The position numbers were made by a program, and so were the translations under genes. The notes beneath the pieces were generated by a model, which made no database searches, was not told where the DNA came from, and was given only the letters and a program-made list of their open reading frames with translations. Positions 15,901 to 24,027 of a DNA stretch of 57,863 nt are shown piece by piece. The first letter of the stretch is position 1. Every line of letters begins with the position of its first letter. The stretch is from a virus (taxonomy: Duplodnaviria; Caudoviricetes). The stretch spans positions 1 to 57,863 of the IMG/VR virus record IMGVR_UViG_3300036770_002369; one strand, given 5' to 3'.

Positions 15901-18202
15901 CCCCGACGACCCCAGTCTGGTGGGCTGGAACGACGCCAACGCCATCTACGGCTTCAATCAGATCACGGCCACCTCTCCTGTGAACCCTGCTCAGGCCCCC
16001 GTGGTCTTCTCGGCAACTCTTGGGACTCTGGTCCTGGGGACGCCTGGGCCAGCTCTGGTCTCTCAGCTCGGAGTAGATCCCGGAGCCGTCGCCCCGACTC
16101 ATCTATATCAATCTGACCCCGATGCGGTCATCTACGAGGATGTCCCCCGGACCTTGTATTTGGCCTTGATCCCCTCTGACTGGGCGCAACTCAACCTCAA
16201 TGTCTCCCTGGTCATCCCTGCTCCTGTGATCGACTGTTTTCTTCCCGGGACGACGCTCACGGCGGTCTTCCGGGCTCAAGCAGGCATCTTCTTGGAGCCG
16301 ACCTTCCCCCGCTCCACGACCAACTTGGGGGCGGCTCAGGCCCACGTCATCGACGCCGGTCACAACTTGCCGGACCCGACACCTCTTTTCGACTTCGACC
16401 GAGAGGTCGGCATGAGGGACTTCAACACCTACTCCCTGGTCCCTTCCGTTGGGCCGGAGCCGGTTCAGTTCCGTGTCCGACGCATCCGCCGATTCCACGA
16501 CGTGAACGAAGCGATCCAAGGGAACCTGCTCCCGCTTCGCTACGCCTACGAGATCCGGCGAGGTCGGTTCACCGCCGAACCCAGCTTCGACCCCAAGCAG
16601 TTCTGCACGATCACGGCTTCCGGGTTCATCATGGACTGGGAAGCGACGAAGCCCGTCGGTGCCCCCAAGGCCCCCGACGTCTGGGATGACGGCGACACCT
16701 ATACGGGGACCAACCTTGGGGCCTTCGATAACCCGGATGTCAACATCAACTCGGGGGACACTTTGCGCGTCCTCGACGAGTACGGCGACTTGGTAGAAGA
16801 GGCCGAAATATCGGCGGTCCTGGACTCCAGTCAGATTCGACTTGCGCCTCCGGGCCTTCGCGCCCTCGGGTCGTACACGGGGGTGCGCTTCGAGGTCTAC
16901 CTCAAGCAAGCACCCGTTCCGCACGAGCAGTCGAACGAGCAGCTACTCGACCTTATCACGGATCGCCGGGTGACCCGGACCTTTGCCGACTATGCGACGA
17001 ACGAAGGCGGCTACGTCCCGGAGATCGCTCTTGGCGACACCTATGCGGACACGGCCAACCGCTTGTACGATGACCTGAACGCCTCCGGGGTCGGAGGGGC
17101 GACCTTCGCCGCTCTCGGGGTCCGTCGAAACGACATCGTCCTCGTGGACCCGGCGGGCAAGATTCCGCGTATCGGAGGACTGCCTGCGGCTCAGGAGCGA
17201 GGGGTGCGGCCTATCGGAGACGAGGGGGTTATCGAAAGAACGACTCCCGGTGTCTATGTCGCAGGACGCCCCAACCAGTTCGACGACAACCGGGGCTTCT
17301 ATCGCGTCCTGTCCGTCGTAAGCACTCCGACACCTCACCTGGAGGTCACGGGGGTCTCGACGTTCTCGGGAGATTTGGCGACTCCGGTGGTCTTCCCGGA
17401 AGACTCGACGCAACGGGCGACCTTTGGATACACGGTGTACCCCACCGTCCACGACTCCTTGTTGAACCTTCCTTCGGGCGAGGAGGGGCAGATGGATCTC
17501 CGGCCTACGGAGGTCCGCGATCCGGTCACGCAGTCGTTCGCGGGCCACTTGAACTCCATGCGCCCGTTTTCTTATCGGGTCATTCGACCGTCGAACTTGT
17601 TCACCCAGGAGGCGGTCGACTTGGTTTTGACGATGCGCGAGAGGATGCTCTCGTGGATCGAAGAACTTCGGGGGCCGATGTCCGGTCGGCGGAGCGGGTC
17701 GTACTACGTCTTTCAGCGGGACCAGCACATCGACGAACTGACGAACCCGACCGACCCAGAAGTGGGTCTAGGGATCTTCGGGAACCTCTTGATCCGGAGT
17801 CTCATCGGACGTCTCGGGATCGTGCCTTTCGCCAATACGTCGGACGCCTTGTCTTTCCTCGACCGGCGTTTCTGGATCCGGGATCAGCGGCTCGACACGC
17901 TCACGACGGATGGTCCGGTTTCCATGCGTAGGGTCGCCCCTGGGGATGTCCCGTACACGGCTTATACGGACACGCTAGGAGGGGGTGACTCAGTACTCCC
18001 GGTGTTGCCCGACCGCGTGGACCTTGTCCTCGACCAGTCGGACAGGTTCCGGGCGCTCCGGTACGTCTGGTTGGCTTACCGGACGCACCGGATCCTCGGG
18101 ACGCTCGCGGCCATTGAGCGATTTGATGCCGAGCTTCCAGAACGTCTTGCAGAAGAGCAGCAGGCTCTCTTGATCCAAGCCTCGGTGGAGAAGGTGGGCT
18201 GA
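6941..18202 (+). CDS. Giant virion structural protein (baseplate/fibre-associated), 3753 aa
   Basis: 11.3-kb open frame, beta-rich. Recurrent x-D-x-x-x-G-x-I/L-x-F hairpins and (F)TD..ASF...VQPG..L.I..G...G.Y.V modules. Upstream of gp25/J-like genes. Confidence 0.8.
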   Translation: MSFDFSGYVLRSAQVAPSNAPTTAEATTGVVRDVRPVPAVYTLQPGGGAGSPPDFVDAAADQYRAAVLGARGTSSTEYLLWAQNTSQLGLVSDPSWWANLADGLGSIPSGTLTVTDLDPPDLDPPLPAGYGFFYDGTDRVIVTDRGNRSLGIIYRLVVARGDVEYDDDGWERVGGQIDPINGNREGSPPYLVLDIDPSDQDPVSGVVRLTSAQLILLQGGLSQSRGDRVIEVVYTVAPARFWWTRNDRYGLRFGWNGKTRRWEPFKGGAPKNLGPLQFDSAYQLDPRFGNLPINAYLPGDALTPDSYAMIRLGTSPGSSSLPVAADGTFTGIRIKADADVEAGFDFSTDASVSGVLGQSNGLLVFNPAYTELHAGKTIWYVYQDFQADSNGVLGPLKNADVTPLFLAPIPGALDHPFVRIGSRRPLTPTLVETDAALESASSPGEGEVIVSLSTGRLRFSPGDIGKADPSGPLFDLQFLGASVIYDGLALNAVPQPTRAPVPLLNSSGGVASVGLGNALFIPNASYLPTTASGSDPYRGLGRSGILDAPDGTGSLPDQVGVEASVRPGGDTVGATTTGRIRQVTDGMGDAFLFSRAGALLQIVTVDNPDDLPSSSDVPRGVAYVCKQAEALGGGAVGSRVQISREDRKAARDNPLYFLQSVLTPSAYTTQARVYSKVRKVFRFNGSEVLYFAIDGVVQSWASAILIAAFPDLDFFTAEQVAASIDSVLTVGQSRAINGSVLLESLTSGSVEIGFGTGGSRDLSGAAALGFLPGWRVVEGIDNWLPDSGASYGLYRSPVNLDRSGATADFNDVDRLSGAVLQESISPNPFVFLDNVPLQDVAGYDDGVFFQFSNVIVEGETVQLVNRPLKNYQDVLYGFGDGKFNWLEQDIATTTLQQPTSTFSLGRTSIVPESMFGIPGLAGGLYAADLDSSSSGSFTLLDPDTQYVLPLAGQTGEVILIDRFGDRATFGSLGAFAADTTTFTDSGASFTTTVQPGYRLKITSGEAQGSYTVINVLSNTQLEVAPPFLFSSVRSTPWEAFRGFTSAVYDPGLVADVLYKDFNHLSSEPFVIRVLTLLGLTPPNPPSGPRLRIPSLAAIEASGRPIQIRFGLSAPTAANTASLLALSQSNQGVLANYLTLPDTARLDSGAFSVRLGTTTFTATPVTSFSPDPGGGTGIEYLTVLANTDGQLRPRGTLKFGTQLLSEYASAPVWYVETFQGAAALSSGVVEYDRETGDLNFSQADLISHVDEKVYLVEQMITTGRKDVAINPVAGSFTFNEPLQSGQSVEVEYYRANAEGRRFGDLIIEFLPVYIKNEVAIQQASPDTFLFNPANRTVDQGFEPVVYIGPVQQNFGGQPDYVLDYPPDLNGQGRLRFSRAIPSYVPVKVTYAVFEAAGGETSYDTSQRPVYRPPFFITANQNKFGLRGDRTSEFQPGQLLRIGRECFYVRGTQYFPPTLTGGDVTSVLIFPSTTLEVGSRSPGNDTLTFITEGPVTTVVDPDGPSPVPTTADAGFMQPLPIDVFPFEPVTRGQKKITFKGNLMTFAVAGHLLEVGGRPFTITQSELSEDGSRTIITVSAPFNAAVTTGSNPTVKLSYRPVYPPSVRDLIGVGPVLDSEPVELVLFGEKDQANQEKPGRTLIPDIEYRLDPDSGSIKLLEPLQAPLASDQRLLLSFTRRRVVQPFLKNGVLVEPRIHADFRYTTLPSAQNGLLGGQLAATYTFASPDSFYFRMVPLAQFLGEAAKEAQAEIKAKQPAGGAIKLGTASTNNWDRGNEGLLAQRRDLLDKDRAARTFLGFYNETVLTFEQVLETISGRLIGDQDGKFRFWVGKGKDYAPPGYEDEITGLLNPRLLWNQVFNEAAPDADIWVLESDWLVKPLTATLVDKEVEGDSPDPDFLDRLVVRQLKLVQNDVDDRILIARGPDEAGWLAPYRSKGVYARMSDPQPYSRLFPQRTRAFFFTYPGIGADPATGDPGIYTWGRMFGGEDSSTNGKPIGRLKNPVLGNIENVNTATLLNRYSRARVWGYFPNGIPANSFPGQVAPIVEPCLIATPASLSDFPLDPETGYPDPTKLLSQGGSVIDLVTGNPDLATPPFAVGQQIGWGKPDGKSYQAATNSLLSIFGTPGLEGLYVRDVQYGCVLRFANYGGTPINSPDQVLVSVTPGSGVRAEVFPIEQGDTIYVVPPVGASSYPPPGFSDPPTAEELAQLADRLPAYRTGFDVEIQADGQVIDNTWPSFSDPFFFGLKEIFGQRPPRPLSPLEGVVQFSYLKQNPLNIPALQGLDRDDAGDERIPYLATGNTELDRFDQLSTVSSEVMTAQNGALTLYVYPDEIPADDGSTVVAVTPWVGAVDREPAALMTDQDVEPNTAGHASFGEPGIGNVEGFDLLLVQVDDAATNVPLGAQGILTVGAVETRNLGGTSYGSLVEPPRFITQTTPPAGPGNSTGSPVRYFFGNAQAFTNPPYPVDPQISPPDGIYIVEDTAAGLTILDLSSVTVTLNNGLAVGTGNLNDIWAASANNIITLRLYARQDPNRAPGFDPAAGTVLLTLVIEGLNLAVTDYLGVTNNFVLTGPPVFGTHQVPFAPVDQNRQIHLPILGAIPFVGPTPTSGPIPYSVVDPGGPNQIISSLYGFEYSLSLDTWSSSGQSDTAYIAEDRLTFAEVIDFRLAKVRGYTHPANPLTDLQANLVVFEVTIGGQFSAINAVANGVGFFPSPFTFLHRSNAASVDDVGGTWTNAVALASSEIGTIRVPAFEGWFNTPIEIGGSPLSDVVFSAVPSCPDVKNGSTICLGTGTTESAYSGLPDAVQRDNRIRDVSVVSGDLGLIEKGDLLIIDQADHPTDRATTKAGTYLVRYAVEADPGQQYGQATADASAAYSGWTPTVFPSVISYNSGTGVLTVDGQWGLFGWGSRAYVVSSMSKLSSTNVMTYREGLISANILGVVPVGGVYQVTLDTTTLTYANGDSLTAVQATPFIQPGMLVSGMTSLPITVRGGNFPDDPSLVGWNDANAIYGFNQITATSPVNPAQAPVVFSATLGTLVLGTPGPALVSQLGVDPGAVAPTHLYQSDPDAVIYEDVPRTLYLALIPSDWAQLNLNVSLVIPAPVIDCFLPGTTLTAVFRAQAGIFLEPTFPRSTTNLGAAQAHVIDAGHNLPDPTPLFDFDREVGMRDFNTYSLVPSVGPEPVQFRVRRIRRFHDVNEAIQGNLLPLRYAYEIRRGRFTAEPSFDPKQFCTITASGFIMDWEATKPVGAPKAPDVWDDGDTYTGTNLGAFDNPDVNINSGDTLRVLDEYGDLVEEAEISAVLDSSQIRLAPPGLRALGSYTGVRFEVYLKQAPVPHEQSNEQLLDLITDRRVTRTFADYATNEGGYVPEIALGDTYADTANRLYDDLNASGVGGATFAALGVRRNDIVLVDPAGKIPRIGGLPAAQERGVRPIGDEGVIERTTPGVYVAGRPNQFDDNRGFYRVLSVVSTPTPHLEVTGVSTFSGDLATPVVFPEDSTQRATFGYTVYPTVHDSLLNLPSGEEGQMDLRPTEVRDPVTQSFAGHLNSMRPFSYRVIRPSNLFTQEAVDLVLTMRERMLSWIEELRGPMSGRRSGSYYVFQRDQHIDELTNPTDPEVGLGIFGNLLIRSLIGRLGIVPFANTSDALSFLDRRFWIRDQRLDTLTTDGPVSMRRVAPGDVPYTAYTDTLGGGDSVLPVLPDRVDLVLDQSDRFRALRYVWLAYRTHRILGTLAAIERFDAELPERLAEEQQALLIQASVEKVG

Positions 18203-18426
18203 TGACACCCGAAGAAATCCTTGCGAAGTTTGCAGCCTTGGGGATCCGGCCTAACCAATGGGAGAAGGTCGAGGAGCACACGGCGACCCCCTCTCAATTC
18301 GAGGAGGTCGCGGAGGGTCTCAAGAAGCTCAAGGATGCCCTTGAGGCGGTCGCACAAGAGGACCGCCAAAAGATCGTCGAACTGAAGACCCAGATCCGTC
18401 AGATGACCCGTGGGGGAGGACGCTGA
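18202..18426 (+). CDS. Small coiled-coil protein, 74 aa
   Basis: TGATG coupling on both sides, heptad pattern. Confidence 0.8.
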   Translation: MTPEEILAKFAALGIRPNQWEKVEEHTATPSQFEEVAEGLKKLKDALEAVAQEDRQKIVELKTQIRQMTRGGGR

Positions 18427-21395
18427 TGACGACTCCTATCCAGGTCGATCTTCCGGCCCCGCTGGAGCAGTTGTACCAGCAGTGGGGGACGCTCAAGATC
18501 GACTTCCCCGACTTCCTGGATGACGTTCGGGAGGGAATCAACGATGTTGCTGAAGTCGTCATCACCTTCATCGACATCGGGGTGACTATTCTTCAGACGA
18601 TCAAGTCCCTCGCCCTCGCCCTCATCAATCCTATTCAGGCAATCATTTCGGCTCTGGTCGATCAGCTTCGCAGGATCTTGGAGGACATTCGGAACATCGG
18701 CGTGTACCTCACGTCGGACTGGCCTCTGTTGAGGTTTCCTTTCGACAAGGTCCAAGGGGGGTTCGCGGAGTACGAGCGGCGCATGATCGGTCGTCTCACC
18801 GACCGGACGGACCCGACTCGGCCTGATGTCACGGGCAACACGAAGACCCTCGCGATTTTCTTCTACCTTTCCGTGGACATTTCCGAGATCGTCCGCCTCA
18901 TCGAACTGGTAGACAAGATCCTCAAGTTCTTCAACCTGAACCTCGACACGCCAGGAAGCCAGCCCATCCCGACCATATCTGCCGCTCGCTACGGCTATTC
19001 CGCCGCAGGCCCCGTCGCAAGTTTGGCGGCTGCCTTCACGGCGACTTCGACGCCTCCAAGTATCGCAGAGGTCACTTGGAGCCTGTCTCCAGTCTCAGGG
19101 ACCGTTCCTACCGTGCCCATCATCCCCGCCCAGCCTGGGGGTTTCGTAGTCACCGTCTCCACCCTTCCCGAAGGCATCAACCTCGTCTACGACCGGGTCC
19201 AAAAGAACACCGGAGAGGCACCGAGCGCGACCAATCCTTCTGTGCGTGTGCCCCCTCGGGAGTTCGGGCCGGTCCTCGATCTCGGGACGAATCAGCCCGT
19301 CATCTTGTACGGCGGCTATGACACCGTGAAGCTCGACTCCAGCCTGGCCTACAATGAGTCTTTTGACACGGACGGCACGGTCAAGCCGGGCTATGCTCGG
19401 GTCTATGGCCTCCGCGATTTGAACGATGAAGCGGCCATCCCCCTGGAGCAACTCAAAAAGGGGGACACCTATTTCTTCCAGCGGACCTTCTGGATGCCCA
19501 CCGGAGTGACCTCCGCCGTGAACTGGGCTACGGGCGGCTTCACCTACCGGCTACGGCGGGAGGACATGCCGCATGACGCTCAGATCGTTCGGGATCCCAG
19601 CACAAACGAGGTGACTCTGGAGGACTTGGGGATCGCGAATACCTACTACGTTCGCATCGCTTCGTGCTCCAAGGACATCATCGCAAACAAGTCTTTCCAG
19701 TACGATTTTCCCACCCTGGCAAAACAGATCAACACCCCCGGGTTGCCCGTGAAGGTCCCCTTCATCGGGGGTGTCCGCAACGCTGTGAGCGTGTTCTCTG
19801 CTCCCTTCAACGTGGTGTTCCCGACCGAAAACATCGACGACTACCTGACAGCCCTGGAGACCGCTCTCGCGGTGCTAGTTCTCAGTCGTGCCGACTTGCC
19901 TACCCTCGTGAGCCTGAACATCTCGGAGCAGGACAAGAGACGCGCCAGGGCAGGACAAAAGATGATCCCAGGGGTCGCCCTTGACCCGACGGGTTTGGAG
20001 AAACTGTCCTCTCTGATCAAGAGCCTGTACGACGATTTCGACCAAGAAACCAAGCGGAAGGGGCAGTCGGCCATCGAGTTCCGCGCCGACCTGAAGAAAC
20101 GTATCCGTAACCTCGCCCTCAGTATCTATGACCGCACCGGCCCCATGCCAGACATGGAACGGCTCGTATTGCGGGAAACCGAAGACCTGCGGAACGTCAC
20201 CTGGGATCAGCTACTCACCGAAGCAGAAGAACCAGGTCTCGCCAACTTCGTCAAACCCTACAAGATGACCATACTTGGGGCCATCGACACGTCAGCCCCC
20301 GGGAACGTGAACAGCGCCCTGTTGGACGATTTCGGTGTCGGTATCAGCCCCTATGGAATCGGCCTGAACACCGAGGTCGTCCAGGAGATCCTGCGCTCCA
20401 AGCAGTCGAATCTCATGGTCCGGGGTCGCGAAGGGACGTTCCTCACCCAGAAGGTCGGAGGGTCTAGTCCCAAGGTGGTCCAGAAGGCCACCAAGGATGA
20501 GCTTGCCAAGCTCCTCGACTCCAAGGACACCCCCGATTTCCTCAAAAAGTTCTACCAAGGCAACATCAAAAAAGACGGGTCTCTCGAAGTCCCCGATGAC
20601 AAGTATCAGGCGATGGTCGCCCAGTTGGATGTCAGTTGGCTTGAGGGGTCGGCAGATGAGAGCCCTGTGTTCTTCGCAGGATTGCCCGCTCTCAAAAAGC
20701 ACGACCCCAACTACTTCGTGGCCCAGTCAGCGTTCCAACAAAACCTGGGGATCGGTTTCAACACACCCTCAGGCATCGTCTACTGCCGGTCGATCTTCGC
20801 CAAGGCGACCGACAACCGGATTTACCGGCAAGCGGCGCTTGTCCTCAGTGTTGCCGCTTCGGTCACGAAGAACGACGGTCCCGGCCAGTGGTTCGCCTTC
20901 CGCTTCTTTGACTCGTTCCCCGGCATGGAGGGGCTGTTTGATGTCATGCTCGGTTTCGTCGAAGCCATTGATGCTGCCATCAAGGGCATCGTCGATCAGA
21001 TCGTGAGGTACATCGAGTTCTTGGAGTCGCGCCTGGTCGAGATCCAGCAGCTAGTCCAGCGGATCAACGCCTTCCTCCAGTCGCTCCTGAACTTCGCTTT
21101 CCAGATCCCGGCGTGCTCCGCCCTGATGCTCTTCTCAAACGGGACCGGAGGAGTCTTGGGGGATCTCGTGACCGCCCAGAACAAACCTAGCGATAGCCCC
21201 CTGGCCTATGGGGCAGGGGTCGCTGTGGTCATGCCCCTTCTTCCTGGAGTCCCCATTGAGTTTCTTGCCAGCCTGTTCAAGCCCTCCGCAGATCCCATCG
21301 CGGGTAACCTGGGAACTGAGCCTGTAGGTCCGATCATGGGGATCGAAGACCTTCCCGCACCGGCTTCGCCGGGCGATGAACCGGACGTGCTCTGA
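18426..21395 (+). CDS. Putative virion protein with amphipathic helical N- and C-terminal regions, 989 aa
   Basis: Long ORF, RBS GGAGGA, TGATG coupling. No recognisable catalytic motif. Confidence 0.75.
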   Translation: MTTPIQVDLPAPLEQLYQQWGTLKIDFPDFLDDVREGINDVAEVVITFIDIGVTILQTIKSLALALINPIQAIISALVDQLRRILEDIRNIGVYLTSDWPLLRFPFDKVQGGFAEYERRMIGRLTDRTDPTRPDVTGNTKTLAIFFYLSVDISEIVRLIELVDKILKFFNLNLDTPGSQPIPTISAARYGYSAAGPVASLAAAFTATSTPPSIAEVTWSLSPVSGTVPTVPIIPAQPGGFVVTVSTLPEGINLVYDRVQKNTGEAPSATNPSVRVPPREFGPVLDLGTNQPVILYGGYDTVKLDSSLAYNESFDTDGTVKPGYARVYGLRDLNDEAAIPLEQLKKGDTYFFQRTFWMPTGVTSAVNWATGGFTYRLRREDMPHDAQIVRDPSTNEVTLEDLGIANTYYVRIASCSKDIIANKSFQYDFPTLAKQINTPGLPVKVPFIGGVRNAVSVFSAPFNVVFPTENIDDYLTALETALAVLVLSRADLPTLVSLNISEQDKRRARAGQKMIPGVALDPTGLEKLSSLIKSLYDDFDQETKRKGQSAIEFRADLKKRIRNLALSIYDRTGPMPDMERLVLRETEDLRNVTWDQLLTEAEEPGLANFVKPYKMTILGAIDTSAPGNVNSALLDDFGVGISPYGIGLNTEVVQEILRSKQSNLMVRGREGTFLTQKVGGSSPKVVQKATKDELAKLLDSKDTPDFLKKFYQGNIKKDGSLEVPDDKYQAMVAQLDVSWLEGSADESPVFFAGLPALKKHDPNYFVAQSAFQQNLGIGFNTPSGIVYCRSIFAKATDNRIYRQAALVLSVAASVTKNDGPGQWFAFRFFDSFPGMEGLFDVMLGFVEAIDAAIKGIVDQIVRYIEFLESRLVEIQQLVQRINAFLQSLLNFAFQIPACSALMLFSNGTGGVLGDLVTAQNKPSDSPLAYGAGVAVVMPLLPGVPIEFLASLFKPSADPIAGNLGTEPVGPIMGIEDLPAPASPGDEPDVL

Positions 21396-22273
21396 TGACG
21401 ACTTTCGCGAAGATGGCCGTGTGGCCGACCGGATACTTTCGGGCCTACTCTAGCTGGCTTCTGCGAAACCGGCGAGACGTGGTCACGCAGATCAGTACGA
21501 TCTCTGCCGAGATCCAGCGGATCGGTTTCATTACGGTGTCTTATCAGACCGCCGAGGTCAATGGTCAACAGCGAGCTACTGAGCAGCGCGTCGGATTCGG
21601 GGTAACGACCGGCTCCAGCTTGGCCCGACTTTGCCAAGCGTACATCGCCAACGGGGGCAACCCACTCGACATCTCGCCGTTCGCCTACCCGGACGGTATT
21701 GAGATCGTGGGCGAAAACGGTAACGGCGAACCCATCGTCATTGAGCGTTACCCTCATGGGGGTGTAGCAGCGCCGATCTCCGTGGAGTCCTCGAACCCCG
21801 GAGGAAAACCGAACGGGACGGGCTACGAAGGCTATGAAGGGGGCTGGCTACGGACAGATCGGTATTACCCGGCTCGCCAGAACGGGCGTCGGGACCGAGG
21901 AGCCTTCGACAGCGACAGCATCGTGCGGCACATGCACGCCATACGCGGGTGGGCCAACCAGATCATCAAGGAACGGCTCCAGAACATCGAGTGGCAGATC
22001 ATCAAGCTATGCGACCTGCGAGAACAACTCGTGACCGAGCGCGACGAGATTCTTATCCAAGCGTTTGGCGGGACGCTCAATGGGCTCGACGACTTCGACG
22101 AAGCCCGCTTCTCTCGGGGGCTTCGGGTCCAGTCTCTCGTGACCGACATCCAAGACCTGATTTACGAGAACGACGCCGCTAAACAGAGCTTCCGACCTAG
22201 CGTCCAGATCGGTTTCCTCGACTTCACGTTCCCCGATGCCGTGTCCGAGGACCGAGAACCGCTCGGCTGCTAG
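21395..22273 (+). CDS. Hypothetical structural-module protein, 292 aa
   Basis: Coupled to the upstream gene, C-terminal coiled coil. Confidence 0.75.
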   Translation: MTTFAKMAVWPTGYFRAYSSWLLRNRRDVVTQISTISAEIQRIGFITVSYQTAEVNGQQRATEQRVGFGVTTGSSLARLCQAYIANGGNPLDISPFAYPDGIEIVGENGNGEPIVIERYPHGGVAAPISVESSNPGGKPNGTGYEGYEGGWLRTDRYYPARQNGRRDRGAFDSDSIVRHMHAIRGWANQIIKERLQNIEWQIIKLCDLREQLVTERDEILIQAFGGTLNGLDDFDEARFSRGLRVQSLVTDIQDLIYENDAAKQSFRPSVQIGFLDFTFPDAVSEDREPLGC

Positions 22274-22318
22274 ACTTCCGTCCGAAACCGGCGAGAAAAG
22301 CGCGACCTTTTCAAACCG

Positions 22319-22768
22319 TCAGAGGATAGAAACCATATACCCGAAGCGGTCGAATACGCTCGACTCAGCCGCCTCGATCATCTCACGAGTCAATTTCTTT
22401 CGACCTACGACCTTCACGGTCCCTTCTACGTTGAAGGTGATGCTTCCGCCTTCGACGCCAAGGAGGACGTATGCGCTAGAGTCTGCCAAATCTAGCGGGA
22501 TCGAAACACCCTCGCTCAGTCTACTTACGAACTTTTCCAGAGAGTCGCGGGTCTTTAGTCCCATCCCCGGCATTTTTTCTACCGCGAGACCTACAGGACT
22601 GAACGACTGGGAATAGTAGACCTTGAACCCGCCGGGAATCATCCTTAGCGTCGCTTTTCCCTCGCGAGGGAAAGCTGCTTCTTTGATTAGGGGCAGCAGG
22701 TGGTCCCGAAGCTCAGGACGCTGGTTGGCAAGACGGACGATCTTGGAACGTAGGGTACGATCAGACAT
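22319..22768 (-). CDS. Leader-bearing hypothetical protein, 149 aa, inserted antisense into the tail module
   Basis: ATG at 22768 with RBS GAGGAG. N-terminus MSDRTLRSKIVRLANQRPELRDHLLPLIKEAA matches that of 56276-56812. Confidence 0.8.
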   Translation of the reverse strand: MSDRTLRSKIVRLANQRPELRDHLLPLIKEAAFPREGKATLRMIPGGFKVYYSQSFSPVGLAVEKMPGMGLKTRDSLEKFVSRLSEGVSIPLDLADSSAYVLLGVEGGSITFNVEGTVKVVGRKKLTREMIEAAESSVFDRFGYMVSIL

Positions 22769-22793
22769 GGTAGGCTCCTCACCTAGTCCGAGC

Positions 22794-22825
22794 CTATAAG
22801 CTCTCAAACGGTATCGCCCCTATAC
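22794..22825. promoter_or_regulatory. Overlapping divergent pair of class II motifs
   Basis: Minus strand CGTTTG-AGAGCT-TATAG (22810-22794) and plus strand CGGTAT-CGCCCC-TATAC (22809-22825), sharing the central CG. Confidence 0.6.
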
Positions 22826-22850
22826 CGGACGGGGGTAGAGGGGCGACGTC

Positions 22851-24026
22851 GTGAGCAGGGATTTTCAGATTGCCTTCCCTTGTCCGCATACGACCGTCGA
22901 AGAGGTCGTCCGTCTAGGGGCTGACCGACAGTCCCTGGCTTGCCGTCAACCCGTGGCCTCGGGAAACACCGTTCGTATCCTCGTGAATGACGAGTTCTTC
23001 ATCCCCCAGAGCGGGCTTCTCACGCCCGCTTCGGTCTATGGCACCGTGTCCGGCCCCTTCGACCTCGTGGAGAACGAGAACCTTTTGACGGTCGAGACGC
23101 CGCTCGGGTCGCAAACGGTCGTCTTCCCTGTCACCGGAACGTCGAGGATCAGTTCGGAAGAAGCCGTCAAGATCATGCTCACTCAGGGCTTCGATGTGGC
23201 CCTCGTCAGCCAACTGAACGGACACCTCTTCTTTACGGAGACCTCTCGCGTCGGCCCGACCTCCTTCCTTCGAGTTCGAGGGTCCGCTGCCGGAGCCCTC
23301 GGATTCGGAAGCCCGGAGAACGGTCGCCAGTGGGGTGCTCTCGGACGCCAGATTTACCCCTCGTGGGGGCTCTACCTGCGACCGGATACGATCACCAATC
23401 GCTTCCCTCGCTTCAATGAGGTCATCCGTGGAAACCCTGTTTTCAAGGTGACGTACACGGTGCCGCCCCAGCGGTGTCTTCGGTGCGGGGGCTCGTACAT
23501 CGAGAACGACCTTCGGTACAACGAGACAGGGCAGAACGTCCTCATCGAAAATGAGGACCTGCTTTACCAGGCTTGCTTGAAGTTGCTCCTCACCGACCGG
23601 GGCTCCAACGCTTACCACCCCTGGTACGGGACGACCATCCGAGACAGGATCGGGTCCAAGGCTCTCGGGACGGTTGCGGCGCTCATCAGCGAGGACGTTC
23701 GCCAGTCCCTAGCGAAGCTCCAAGCCCTTCAGCAGTCCCAGGCGAAATACCAGCAGGTCACCTTCCGGGAACGAATCTACTCAGTTCTTTCCGTCAGGGT
23801 GTCGCCGCACTCGCAAGACCAGACTACGTTTCTTATCGACGTGGTTGTCCAGAACGCCTCAAGTGAGCCCATCGAGCTATCCATCGTGTTCACGGTCCCC
23901 AGCGTCGTGGCCCTCATGGGAAGCAACGGGCTCATGCTTGACGGAAACCGATCAGGCTTGACCCGGGGGACGACCCAAAGCCTTTTCTCTAGTCTCAACC
24001 CTCTAGCTCTCACGGACGGTACTTGA
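22851..24026 (+). CDS. Baseplate wedge protein with C-terminal gp25/GPW-like domain, 391 aa
   Basis: LYQACLKLLLTDRGSNAYHPWYGTTI...ISEDVRQSL...ERIYSV.SV.V fits the gp25 pattern. Directly upstream of a J-like gene. Confidence 0.75.
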   Translation: MSRDFQIAFPCPHTTVEEVVRLGADRQSLACRQPVASGNTVRILVNDEFFIPQSGLLTPASVYGTVSGPFDLVENENLLTVETPLGSQTVVFPVTGTSRISSEEAVKIMLTQGFDVALVSQLNGHLFFTETSRVGPTSFLRVRGSAAGALGFGSPENGRQWGALGRQIYPSWGLYLRPDTITNRFPRFNEVIRGNPVFKVTYTVPPQRCLRCGGSYIENDLRYNETGQNVLIENEDLLYQACLKLLLTDRGSNAYHPWYGTTIRDRIGSKALGTVAALISEDVRQSLAKLQALQQSQAKYQQVTFRERIYSVLSVRVSPHSQDQTTFLIDVVVQNASSEPIELSIVFTVPSVVALMGSNGLMLDGNRSGLTRGTTQSLFSSLNPLALTDGT

Positions 24027-24027
24027 T

